A stretch of DNA of 64,000 nt from Paragordius varius. Its lineage: Eukaryota; Animalia; Nematomorpha. Location: NCBI GenBank assembly GCA_964247055.1, contig OZ176058.1, positions 434,001 through 498,000 on the forward strand, read 5' to 3'. Shown piece after piece: positions 41,290 to 54,063 of this stretch. The position numbers and the translations under genes were made by a program. How positions within the stretch are numbered: the stretch's first letter is position 1; every line of letters begins with the position of its first letter. The notes under the pieces are model-generated. The model did not search any database. It worked only from the letters and a program-made list of their open reading frames with translations, and was not told the DNA's origin.

Positions 41290-42257
41290 TAGCTTTTTAA
41301 AATATAAAAATAATGTATGAAATAAAAACTTATATAAAAGTTCCCACCTCCTGGTGATACATTCAAAATATTTTTCACAATAATATATTTTCAAAAAAAA
41401 CTCTTTTTTTTCAATTCTAAAAGTTTTATGAATTTCATATTTTAAAAACCTGTTTTTACATAGTTTAAAATCACGTGGTTATGTGAATGAACAATTCGCT
41501 TGGGCTCATTACTATTGGTATCTTACGAATTAGGGTATTCAATACCTGAATTATTTGCATTTGAAATGCTAGCTATAAAATTATTAAGAATTAAAATATT
41601 TTAATAAATTTATATAAAAAAAACTTCAAATTATATATATATAAAATAGTTTAAAAAAATCTAAAAATAAAGTTTGAAATAAAAACTTATATAATAGTTC
41701 CCACCTCCTGGTGGTACTATCAAAATCATTTTTTTTTAAATAATATATTTTCAAAAAAACTTTTGTTTTTAATTCTAAAATTTTTATAAACTCAAATCAT
41801 ATGTTAAAATCACCTGTTTTTGCAGAGTTTAAAATCAAGTGGTTACGGGAATGAACAATTCGCTTGGGCCCATTACTATTGGTATCTTACGAATGAGGGC
41901 ATTCAATACCTGAGGGATTATTTGCATTTGAAATGCTAGCTATAAAAGAATTAAATTAAAATATTTTAATAAATTTATAAAAAACTTTAAATTGTATATA
42001 TATAAAATTTAGCTTCTAAAAATATATAATTTAAAAATAAAGTTAAAAGTTAGTTTTTTCTTAAAATGAAAACTCATTTTATAGTTCCTGGTGATTACTA
42101 TAGATTAAATATTTGCTGTAAAAACTTGTTTTTTTCTAAAATATGTGGAATGTCAAATTAAATCATATGTTAACCATCTGTTTAGAGTTTAAAATCACGT
42201 GGTTACGTGAATGAACAATTCGCTTGGGCTCATTACTATTGGTATCTTACGAACTAA
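40771..42257 (+). pseudogene. Five truncated tandem copies of the RPS10 exon-2 5' part (starts 40771, 41105, 41462, 41826, 42186)
   Basis: Each repeats intron end plus AGT TTA AAA TCA CGT GGT TAC GTG AAT GAA CAA TTC GCT TGG; spacing 334/357/364/360/239 bp; every copy has an early stop or frameshift. Confidence 0.92.
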
Positions 42258-42424
42258 ATAGGGTTTTATAAATAAATACCTATAAAAAATGTTAAAAAAG
42301 TTTGAATTTAATTTTTTAAAATCTTGATGTTATATTTAAAATACTATTTTTTAAAATAAAATATTTTCAAAAAAAACTTTTTTTAAAGTTTTAATTATTT
42401 AATGTAAATCACCTGTTTTTGCAG

Positions 42425-42605
42425 AGTTTAAAATCACGTGGTTACGTGAATGAACAATTCGCTTGGGCCCATTACTATTGGTATCTTACGAACGAAGGTA
42501 TTCAATACCTGAGGGATTATTTGCATCTGCCGCCTGAAATTATTCCTGTCACTCTTAAGCGTGCGGTCAGAACGGAAGGACCAGCTGGGGGCCGACCTAC
42601 AAAAG
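42425..42605 (+). CDS. RPS10: RPS10 exon 2
   Basis: tttttgcag|[61 protein letters not shown]|gttaca; 181 nt, phase 1. Confidence 0.96.
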
Positions 42606-43993
42606 GTTACATTTTTAAAAAACAGATGTTTTTTGAAAAAAATATGATTATATATAAATATTTTTTAAATTTTAATTAATATCATTTTTAGTCTAATTTT
42701 AGTTTAAAAAGTGTGGAAAGTCGTCATATAAATAAAAAAAGTTTTTTTTGTTTAGGAAAGAAATGTTTTTTTTTTAAAAAATGAAATCAGCTGTTTTAAC
42801 ATCAGCTGGTTTTTACATTTTTTTGAATAAATTATGATTTTTTGCATTTTTTTCAATAAAATATAAAAAGTGTCTATAAAAAATGTTTTTAAATTATATA
42901 AAAAGGGAGCTATATGTAATATTAACAAAAATTATTTTTTTGTTCAGGAAAGAAATGTTTTTTTAAAAAAATGAAATCAGCTGTTTTAACAGATTTTTAC
43001 AATTTTTTGAATAAATTATGTTTACATTTTTTTGTGAATAAATTATGATTTTTTGCATTTTTTTGTAAAATTATATAAAGTGATTATTTTAAATCAAATA
43101 TTTTCTAGATTAAAAAGTGTGGAAAGTCGTCATATAAATAAAAAAAGTATTTTTTGTTTAAGAAAAGAAATATATATATATATATATAAGAATGTTTTTT
43201 AAATTTTAATTTATATCATTTTTAGTTTATTTTTAGTTTATGTATGTAATCAAGAAATTAAGGAAATTTATTACAAAGGAAAATATATCAAGAGTTTTTT
43301 CTTAGTTTTACAAAAATCATTATTTTATTTCAATTTAAATCAAACTTAAGATTTTAAATTTTATTAGCGTTGGACTTAAACAGCTGAAACAAGCTGATTT
43401 TGGCATTTTTTTACAATGTTACAAATTGTTAGCAAAAATTTAAACAGTATATAAGAAATTTACTAACTAATAATTTTACCATTTATAGAGATACTAAAAT
43501 TTGCCAATCTGAAAAAACAAAATTATTTTAGATTTTAATTTTACCTTAATTAGCTTTTACATAAATTAATTTAAATTTTATAAAATTATTATAAATTTAA
43601 ACTTATAATACATTAAAATTGAAATTATACAGAATGAAAAAAATTAAAAATATAAAGACTTGCTTTAAGACAACTAACCATACTTTTTAACTTTTAATAT
43701 CTTATAAAAAAATATTTAATTACAATCGTAAAATATTAATTGATTTTCTTTATTTTATACTTTTTAGTTTTAAACAATAAGATTTATTTAAATCAATTTA
43801 GGTTTTAAAGTATGTTTATATTTTAGAAAAAAAATTTGACCTTATATTTTCACGTTTTGTCCTTGCGTATAATTTCAATTTTACTGTAAAAATCCAAGTT
43901 TTAAACCTATTTTTATATTTTTTTATAATTTTTTTTATATTTTTTATAATTATTTTGTAATAATTTTTTTTCTTTAATATTTTAATTTCTTAG

Positions 43994-44091
43994 AAGCATC
44001 TGATATGCCAGAGAAAGAGGGCGCATATCGCCGCGCAGAAACAGCTGATAAGAAGGCAGACGCGGGGCCTGGGGCCGCCCCCTTGGAATTT
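43994..44091 (+). CDS. RPS10: RPS10 exon 3 (copy a)
   Basis: ttcttag|(G)AA-ASDMPEKEGAYRRAETADKKADAGPGAAPLEF|gtaatt; 98 nt, restores the frame. Confidence 0.93.
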
Positions 44092-45458
44092 GTAATTTAT
44101 TTTTAAATTTTGAATTTTTTAAAAAAATTATTTTTTTTTAAATTTTTATAAAAAAATATTTTTTTAAAACAAAACTGATAAAATTAATATAATTTTTTTC
44201 AAAAAAATTGTTTTTTTCTAAAAAATAATTTATAAATTAATTATTTAATTTTTAATTTTATTTAAAAAAATTGTTTTTTTCCAAAAAAATTCATAAAATT
44301 ACGGAAAAATTTAATTTTTGAATTTTTATAAAAAAATGAACAAATTAATTATCTGATTTTTATTTTTATTTGAAAATTATTTTGTAAATTTTTTTAAAAA
44401 AAATGATAAAATTAATTATTTTATTTTCAATTTATTTAAAAAATTGTTTTTTTTAAAAAAATGATAAAATTAATTGTTTTATTTTCATTTTATTTAAAAA
44501 TTGTTTTTTTTTTAAATAAAAATTGATAAATTAATTATCTAATTTTTAATTTTTTCTAAGAATATTGTTTTTTTAAAAAAAATATGATATAATTAATTGT
44601 TTTATTTTCAATTTTATTTAAAAAAATTGTTTTTAAAAAAAATTGATATAATTAATTGTTTTATTTTCAATTTTATGTTTAAAAAAAATGTTTTTTTTAC
44701 CAAAAAAATGATTATTATTATTATTTGGAAACTTAAGATATATATTACAATAATTTTTTAGATATTTTAAAATTTATTTTAAAACTCATTTATAAATACA
44801 GTCTATATTTTCTTAATATAATTGAAATGTTATATAATTGGTTATTAAAAAAAATAAATTATTATAGATATTTAAAAAATTTATAAATTTATTTTATAAC
44901 GCATTTTTAATTAGAGTATATATTTTTTAATAATAATTTATTAACTTTAATTTTTATACATATAATTTTTTGAAAAAATATTTTATTTTTCAAAAAAACA
45001 TATATGTATAGTTATTCTAAAATTATTATTATTTGTAAAATTAAAAATAAAAATATATTATTTTATATATTTAAAAAAATTATTTTAAAAATTAAAAGCA
45101 TTTTTAAATACAGTCTATATTTAATATAATTGATATGTTATATAATTGGTTATTTTATTCAATATATATATTTTTTCATTTCACCTAAATTTTTTTTATT
45201 AATTTATTTTTAATTATATAATATATTTTCTAATATATTGATATGTTATATAATTGGTTATTTTATTCAATATATATTCACCTAAAATTTTTACATTTAT
45301 TTATTTTTTATTTAATATAATATATTTTTTTATAATAATTTTTTAATAATATATATAAATTTTTATACATGTAATTTTAAATTATTTGTAATTTAATAAA
45401 TACATAATTTTTAAATAATTTAAATTTTTATTAATATAAATTTTTTATACTTTTTTAG

Positions 45459-45494
45459 AGAGCTGGATTTGGTCGTGGAAGAACGCCCATGTGA
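45459..45494 (+). CDS. RPS10: RPS10 exon 4 (copy a), stop TGA; spliced protein 151 aa
   Basis: tttttag|RAGFGRGRTPM*; matches the eS10 RGGFGRGR tail and the conserved F|R intron position. Confidence 0.92.
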   Translation, partial: RAGFGRGRTPM

Positions 45495-45509
45495 AAACAA
45501 TCCAATTTA

Positions 45510-46200
45510 ACAAATTTATAATGATTTTTTCGCGAAAAAATTAAAATAAATTCGTTATAAAATTTAATTTAATCAGTAATAAAAAATGAAATATCGACAA
45601 AACTTAAAGATTATTATATGATATTTTTAATTTAAAAGCAACATATTTAAATTCTGATTTATTTTTGAAAGATTCATAAGCAAAATAAAATCGTTAAGGA
45701 CCAACCTAAAATGTTCAAGAATCAACACTTGAAATTTAAACTCTTTTTATGATTTTTTTGAGAAAATAAAATAAATTCGTCATAAAATTTAATTTAATCA
45801 GTAATAAAATTCGAAATACAAACAAAACCTAAGGATCATTATATAATAATTTTAAATTAAAATCGAACATATTAAGAAAATTCTGATTTATTTTTCAGAG
45901 ATTTATGGGCAAAATAAAAATGTTTAAGGACCAACTTAAAATGTTCAAGAATCAACACTTGAAATTAAAATTGTTTTTATGATTTTTTCGAGAAAATAAA
46001 ATAAATTTGTTATAAAAAACGATTGATTTCTTAATATACATGTAAAAAATTGAAATACAGACAAAACGTAAAGATTATAGTATAATATTTTATTAACCAT
46101 AAAATTCTCTGAATTCACACATGTAAATCATTATTACACACCTGTGGTTAAATTAAAATGTTTAATGACCAACTTAATTCAAAAACAACTTAACGTACAA
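45510..46200 (+). repeat. ~232-bp tandem repeat of RPS10 3' flank (3 units; 4 units at about 50530-51450)
   Basis: GACCAA(C/T)TTAAAATGTT at about 45698, 45929 and 46168, and at 50722, 50956, 51191 and 51411. Confidence 0.85.
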
Positions 46201-46579
46201 AAATTGTTTTATTTATAATATATTTTTTGAATTGGCCCTTAAAAAAATTGTAATTTTGGGTTAATCTAACTTTAAATTAAATATAACTTTATAACATGAT
46301 TTATATTATCTTCATTAATATAAAATTTCAAAAAATTAGTTATTTTTAATATCGGCATATCTTATTTTGGGTAAATTAAAATTTTTTAATGGTTAATTTC
46401 AGATGAAAATGATATATATATATTAATTAAAATAATATTTTTATTATTTTATCGTTTTCTGCTTACTAATAGGAAATTTTAAAAAAGTCAGTTTATAAGT
46501 TATATCAAAACTATAATATCTTTAAAATTATAACTAGGCAAACGTTGGAAAAGTGTTACCAAAATTTTAATTTTTTTTA

Positions 46580-46799
46580 CAGTCAAGTATCTTTCAATTT
46601 ATCAAAAATTTTTTTTTACCTTATATGGGTATAAAGTTAAAGAAAAAAACAAGAGCTCTATGGTTTTTATCTTTACTTTTTTTGATGAATATTATATATT
46701 GTTAAAACCATAGAGCTTGTATTTTCCATTCTTTAACAAATATAAGCCCATTTAACCAAAAAATGATAAATTTTTGATAAAATAAAGTATATATGACTG
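46580..46799. mobile_element. MITE family C copy
   Basis: TA|CAGTCAAGTATC...AACAAGAGCTCTATGG...CCATAGAGCTTG...ATATGACTG|TA. Confidence 0.8.
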
Positions 46800-46979
46800 T
46801 AATTCTCTTTTTTATAGTTAATTTAATTTGCTTAAGCGAATCCGAAATATATAACCAGTTTTTAATTTTTTTGTATGAATTTGCTTTTTAGAAGCCACAA
46901 TAAATTATTAATATATATATATATATATTTAAATTTGCCATCTAACCATTTTTTAATCGAGAGTCTTATGCGTTATTAT

Positions 46980-47170
46980 ATGCATTTTAATGGTTGCTTA
47001 TTTTACAAACATTATAGTAGGGTCAATTTGCAACACATGACAGTAGTGTATGGAAAAAAAGAACAAAAGGGTTGAATAAACAATTATTTCCTTTCTTTTT
47101 TCCATACACTACTGTGTTGTGTTGCAAATTACCTTACTATAGTGTGAAATAAGCAACCATCAAAATGCAT
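46980..47170. mobile_element. Near-perfect ~190-bp hairpin element (family D-related); relatives at about 55620-55790 and 56176-56350
   Basis: ATGCATTTTAATGGTTGCTTATTT / AAATAAGCAACCATCAAAATGCAT and inner ACAGTAGTGTATGGAAAAAA / TTTTTTCCATACACTACTGT are inverted pairs. Confidence 0.8.
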
Positions 47171-49745
47171 ACTGTAATAATATTATTAGTAATTTCATGT
47201 TATTGCATAACGAATTGAATTTAAAATACTATCCTCCAATTTAAAGTGTTTTAATAAAAAATTTTCCTTACAAATAATTAAAATAATTTGGAATTAAATA
47301 ATATTAACTTTAAAGTTGTTTTTGGGATTAAAATGGTGTTTTAGATAGGAAAAAAATTCTATTAATAAAAAACTGCTTCCTTTGTAAAATTATAATTGTA
47401 ATTAAAAATATGTTTTCGGATATAAAATGTAGTTTTTGGAAATAAAATATAGTTTTGATTTAATATAAAAAGGGTGATAAAAGCAAAAAAATGATGTTTT
47501 TAAATATTAAAAAAGTAGTTTATAATTATTTATTTATTTATTTAAAATATTGATGTGTCATTGAATAAAGAATAAGTTTGTTTTGCCATAAAAATTAGTG
47601 ATTAAATTGATCTTTTTGAATAGTAGAATAATTAAATAATATAATTTTTTTTATAAAAAATGTAGATTTTGCATGATAAAAGGCAGAAACAATTAGAATA
47701 TATATAAGAATGTTTTATAAATTTAATATCTTCAGTTTATTTTTTTGAACAAATAATGATTTTTTCATTTTTTTGAATAAAAATAAAAAGTATCTATAAA
47801 AAAATAATTTAAATCATATTTTTTATATAAAAAGGGAGATATATGTAAAATCTTAACAAAAATGTTTTTTTTGTTCATGAAAGAAATATATCTTTTAACA
47901 AATTTTTACATTTTTTTTAAATAAATTATTTAAAGTGTTTATAAGACAAAAATTGATAGCAAATCATATATTATTTTAGAATAAAAAGTGTGACAAGTAT
48001 TTGTATAACTAAACCAAGTTTTTTTTGTTCAGGAAAGAAATGTTTTTTTTTAAAAAATGAAATCAGCTGTTTTAACATCAGCTGGTTTTTACATTTTTTG
48101 AATAAATTATATTTTTACATTTTTTTGATTATGATTTTTTTGCATTTTTTTGTAAAATTATATAAAGTGATTATTTTAAATCAAATATTTTTCTAGATTA
48201 AAAAGTGTGAAAAGTCGTCATATAACTAAACCAAGTTTTTTTTGCTCAGAAAAGAAATATATATTTTAAACATCAGCTGGTTTTTACATTTTTTGAATAA
48301 ATTATGGTTACATTTTTTTGAATAAATTATGATTTTTTGCATTTTTTTGAATAAAATATAAAAAGTATCTATAAAAAAATAATTTAAATCATATTTTTTT
48401 ATATAAAAAGGGATATATATGTAAAATCTTAACAAATATGTTTTTTTTAAATATATATTTTACAAAATGTCCAATCAACGGATGTTTAACATCAGCTGAT
48501 TTTTACATTGTTTTTGAATAAATTATGTTTTTTACATTTTTTTTAATAAATTATGATTTTTTGCATTTTTTTGTAAAATTATATAAAGTGATTATTTTTA
48601 GTTAAATATTTTTCTAGATTAAAAAGTGTGGAAAGTCGTCATATAAATAAAAAAAGTTTTTTTTGTTCAGGAAAGAAATATATATATATATATATATATA
48701 TATAAGAATGTTTTATAAATTTTAATTAATATGCATTTTCAGTTAAATTTTAGTTTAAGTTTTTCATGTAATTAAGGAGTTTATTACAAAGGAAAATATA
48801 TTAAGAAATTTCTTTTAAAATTTACAAAAATCATGACTTTTTTAAATCCAAAATTAAACTTAAGATTTTTTTTAGTTTTGTTCTTACAGTTGAAACATAT
48901 CAGCTGATTTTGCAATTTTACAAAATTTTATCGAAAATTTAAACAATAAAAATTAATTAACTAGTAACTAAACCATTTATAGAGATACTAAAATTGTCAA
49001 TCTGAGCAAATCCAAATTATTATTTTTGAAAAATTATGATAAAAAGAGCCCTTTAATTTTACCTTAATTGGCTTATTTTTCTAACATAAATAAATTTAAA
49101 TTTTATTAAATTATTATAAAATTTAATACATTAAAAAAATCGTAAAAATATAAAGACAAATGTTTTGCCTTAAAAAACAACTAACCATACTTTTTAAACC
49201 TTAATTATATATAAAATATTTAATTACAATCGTAAAATATATAATTGATTTTCTTTATTTCATACGTTTTAGTTTTAAACAAAAAGTTTTATTTAATTCA
49301 ATTTAGTTTTAAAAGTCTTTTTATTTTTACGTTTTGTCCTTTTGTATAATTTTTACTAATTTATAAAAATTGATTTTATACATAATGACAAAACGTAAAA
49401 ATATAAAGACAAATTTTTTTTCAAAAGTCAACATACTTTTTAACTTTTAATATCTTATAAAAATGATTTAAATATAATCGTAAAATATATAATTGATATT
49501 CTCTATTTCATATTTTGTAATTTTAAATCATAAATTTATAAATCAATAAAAAAAAATTTTTTTTTATATTTTTACGTTTTGTCCTTTTGTATAATTTCAA
49601 TTTTACTGTAAAAATTTTAAATTTAAGCCTATTTTTATATTTTTTATAATTATTTTTATATTTTTTATAATGATTTTTATATATAATTTTTTTAATAATT
49701 TTTATAATAATTTTTTAATATAATATTCCTCCTATTATTTATTAG

Positions 49746-49843
49746 AAGCATCTGATATGCCAGAGAAAGAGGGCGCATATCGTCGCGCAGAAACAGCTGA
49801 TAAGAAGGCAGACGCTGGGCCTGGGGCTGCCCCCTTGGAATTT
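49746..49843 (+). CDS. RPS10: RPS10 exon 3 (copy b), intact
   Basis: Same 98 nt, AG/GT intact, 3 differences from copy a, all synonymous (CGC>CGT, GCG>GCT, GCC>GCT). Expression not shown. Confidence 0.75.
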
Positions 49844-50480
49844 GTAATTTATTTTTATATTTTTTTAAAAAATTTTATTTTTGAATTTTTTTAAAAAAAA
49901 TTGATTTTTTTGAAAAAATGAACAAATTAATTATCTGTATTTAATTTAAAAAAATTGTTTTTTCTAAAAAATTCATAAAATTACGGAAAAATATAATTTT
50001 TAAATTTTTGTAAAAAATTTTAATTAAAAAATAATTTTTAAATAAAAAACATATATGTTTAATTAATTGGAAATGATTATTATTATTATTATTTGTTAAA
50101 TAAAAAAATGTACAATAAATTATTTTAGATATTTTAAAAATTTATAAATTTTTAAAAAAATGATTATTATTTGTTAAATATGAAAAATATATTACAAATA
50201 TTTTAAATATTTAAAATTTTATTTTAAAACGCATTTGTAAATACAGTTTTAATATTCTAATATAATTGATACTTTATAAAATTGCTTATTTTATTCAATA
50301 TATATTTTTTCATCTCACCTATTTTTATTTTTTATTCGATATATATATATATTTAATAATATAATTTATTAACTTTGATTTTTATACATGTAAATTTTTA
50401 TATATATAAAAATTTATACATTTAATTTTATATGATTTGTATTTAAATAAATACATATTTTTATTTCATTATTTTTTTAG

Positions 50481-50516
50481 AGAGCTGGATTTGGTCGTGG
50501 AAGAACTCCCATATGA
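50481..50516 (+). CDS. RPS10: RPS10 exon 4 (copy b), intact
   Basis: tttttag|RAGFGRGRTPI*; ACG>ACT synonymous, ATG>ATA in the last codon. Confidence 0.72.
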   Translation, partial: RAGFGRGRTPI

Positions 50517-52119
50517 AGAAAAATCCAATTTAATAAATTTATAATGATTTTTTTGCGAAAAAATAAATAAATTTGTTATAATTAATTTTAATAATAAAAA
50601 TTGAAATACAGACAAAACGAAAAGATTACCATATAATATAGTTTTTTATTAAAAACGCAACATACTTGGAAAATTCTGATTTATTTTTCAGAGATTTATA
50701 GGCAAAATAAAAATGTTTAAGGACCAATTTAAAATGTTCTAGAATCAACACTTGAGATGAAAAATTTATAATAATTTTTCGAGAAAAATTTAAAATAAAT
50801 TCGTTATAAAATTTAATTTAATCAGTAATAAAAATTGAAATACAGACAAAACTTAAAGATTACCATATAATATAGTTTTTTATTAAAAACGCAACATACT
50901 TGGAAAATTCTGATTTATTTTTCAGAGATTTATAGGCAAAATAAAAATGTTTAAGGACCAATTTAAAATGTTCTAGAATCAACACTTGAGATGAAAAATT
51001 TATAATAATTTTTCGAGAAAAATTTAAAATAAATTCGTTATAAAATTTAATTTAATCAGTAATAAAAATTGAAATACAGACAAAACTTAAAGATTCTTAT
51101 ATAACCTATTTTTTTATTAAATGCGAACACATATATATAAAATTCTGATTTATTTTTCAAAGATTTATAGGCAAAATAAAAATGGTTTAGGACCAACTTA
51201 AAATGTTCAAGAATCAACTCTTGAAATGAAAAATGTTATTATTTTTTCGAGAAAATAGAATAAATTTGTTATAAAAAACGATTGATATCTTAAAATACTT
51301 GTAAAATTGAAATACAACAAAATTTAAAGAATATAATATAGTATTTAATTAAAACAACATAATTTCAAAATCTGATTTATAGAAATTAGGCAAAATAAAA
51401 TTGTTTAAGGACCAATTTAAAATGTTTAAGAATCAACACTTGAATTTTTATAATATATAATTTACTGTTTAAACTCGCCCTTAAAATAAATTGTATTTTT
51501 GGGGTTACTCTAATTTTAAATTAAATATAACTTTATAATATGATTTATGAATTATTCATTTATTTAAAATTTCAAAAAATAGGAATTTTAATATTACAAA
51601 ACACATTTTTTTTTTGGGTAAATTAGATTTCAATGGTTAATTTCAGAAGATATATATATATATATATATTATTAAAACTGTCATTTTTTTATATCACTAA
51701 TAAGAAAGTTTTTAAAAAGTCAGTGTCTTTTGAAAAAAATATTGTCTTTATATTTTTGCGTTTAGTCCGGTATAATTTCATTTTTACTGTATTTATGTAA
51801 AAATTTGTGAAACAGCCATCTATTCAGGCAAAATTCTTATCAAATATTTTTTAATCAAAAGCCTAATATTTTCTGCATACTCTTCTAGATATATTTATTG
51901 ATTTTATGAGTTTTTAACCAACATATTTCATTATACCTTATTTGCAACCTTAAAAAATTAATAGAAAATCATAGTTTAAAAATTAATATATAGTTGTCTT
52001 TTTTTTTAAAAAAAAATTGTTTTTTAATTATATTTTAAAACACAATATTTGCCATATTTTTTAGTATTGTAAGGTGTACTACGGACTTTAATACAAGAAA
52101 AATTATTAATTGATAAATA

Positions 52120-52400
52120 CAGTAAAAATTGGAATTATACGGACAAAACGTAAAAATATAAAGACAAATATTTTTTTATAAAAGACAAACATTTAACTTA
52201 TTTTTTTAAATACAACTGATTGTTTTTAACTGTAAATTATGTTATATATATATATATATATATTACTAACACAATCAATTATATATTTTACTATTGTAAC
52301 TATATAGCTTATTTATATGGGAAAAATAAGGTTCAAAAAAGTATTGATGTTTTTAGATAAAAATTACGTTTGCCCGTATATAATTTAATTTAGTTTACTG
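52120..52400. mobile_element. MITE family A copy
   Basis: TA|CAGTAAAAATTGGAATTATACGGAC...CCCGTATA..TTTACTG|TA. Confidence 0.8.
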
Positions 52401-52638
52401 TATTTTAAAATTGATTTCTAAAACGATATTTAAGACTGTAATAAATTTCTTTTGAGGAAAATCAGTTTTTTAAGGAATAAAAATTTGGCCTGATAAAAAA
52501 TCATATAAAAACAATTGCTTTTTAAGCAAATATTTATCTTGGCGATACTTAAAGTGTTTTTAGCTTAAAAACTCATATATAGTTTATTGATTTAATAAAT
52601 TTTAAAATTTAGAGTGTTTTTCAAGAAACAAACCTGTA

Positions 52639-52936
52639 CAGTAAAAATTGGAATTACACGGACAAATCGTAAAAATAAAAAGAGAAATATTTTTTTTCAA
52701 AGATAACCCCCCATACTTTTTGAATCTCAATTTTTCTAAATATGACTTATTGTTTTAAACTATAAAGTATTAGGTAGAGTTGTTTATTGGTAAAATCCAT
52801 TTTAAAATTTGCACAGTTTGAAACATTCAGATATAATAAAATAATTATAGATTTTAAAAAGCATGTTTCTTTTGAAAAAAAAAATTTGTCTTGATATTTT
52901 TACGTTTTGTCCATAGTATAATTTCAATTTTCACTG
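52639..52936. mobile_element. MITE family A copy
   Basis: TA|CAGTAAAAATTGGAATTACACGGAC...TTTCAATTTTCACTG|TA. Confidence 0.85.
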
Positions 52937-54063
52937 TAAAAGTCAGAATGTTTTTAAGAAACAACGACATTTATTAATTCTTAATTTTCTAAATATAACT
53001 CATCGTTTTGAATTGATATGGTATAGATATTGAGATTTGTAATACACTTTATTTTTTAAATTATATATATGTCAAATGATAAACTTAAATATCTAAGGGT
53101 TTTAAGAGTATAATCAACGATGTTTCACTAACACAAATGGCTTTGTGGGCCGAAATTTTAAAATTATAACCCAATTGAAATTATAAAAAATTAAATTATG
53201 CGGACAAAATGTAAAAATATAAAGACAAATATTTTTTTTTAAAAGACAACCATATTTTTCAATAAATTAATCCTAGTAAAATACTTAATAACAAGCCTAA
53301 AATATATAATTGATTAAGTTACCAATATACATCACAATTTTATAATTTGGAAATAAAAAACAATGAATTAAATTTTAATTAATCAGGATTTATAAAGTAT
53401 GATTGTCTTTTAGAAAAAAATTTTGTCTTTACATTTTTACGTTTTGTCCGTGTAATTTCAATTTTTACTGTATATGGGGATATTACTAAATATTATATTA
53501 CAATTCAAACATAAGACTGTAAAAATATTAATTTTTTTAAAATAATTATTGCTAAATTTGTTAACGAATATCAAACTTGTTTTGATTAAATAATAAACAG
53601 CAATTAATAAAAAAATTTATTTAGAAAATTTGTTTGCGAAAACTCTATAATCTGGCTTAGTTTTTATACTAATTTGCCTTTTTTTAATTATATTTTATTT
53701 ATATAAAATTTGTTTAAGAGGTATTTCTTTCAAATAAATTTTTTTAACGAGGACCCTATGTTGGACACACTTGGTTTAAATGGTTAAAATTTAAAATTGC
53801 AATTCCACTCTTGTTTAGATATGAGATATTTTTTAAAATCTAAAACTTTTTTATATAATTATTATAAGAGTGAAAATAAATAGTATTTTAGTGTAGAAAT
53901 ATCTGAATAGCGAACCTTTTAACCCCCAAAACTATGCAATTAAGCCTTTTTAAGTCCTTAACCCTTTAATATAAAAAAGAAAAAAGAGACTGTATAAACT
54001 GTATACTACATTCAAAACTTTGAAAAGATATCGAATAAAGAAATATATATATATATATATATA

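Larger units (their letters stand above)
42690..46420 (+). repeat. RPS10 3' module (intron 2 repeats, exon 3, intron 3, exon 4, 3' repeats) duplicated at about 47700-51660
   Basis: Shared AAAAAGTGTGGAAAGTCGTCATATA, CCATTTATAGAGATACTAAAAT, both exons and the downstream repeats, in the same order. Confidence 0.85.

Noticed and set aside
39907-45458. Intronic snoRNAs often hosted by ribosomal protein genes
   Set aside because: No convincing box C/D or H/ACA arrangement seen; a covariance-model search would be needed.
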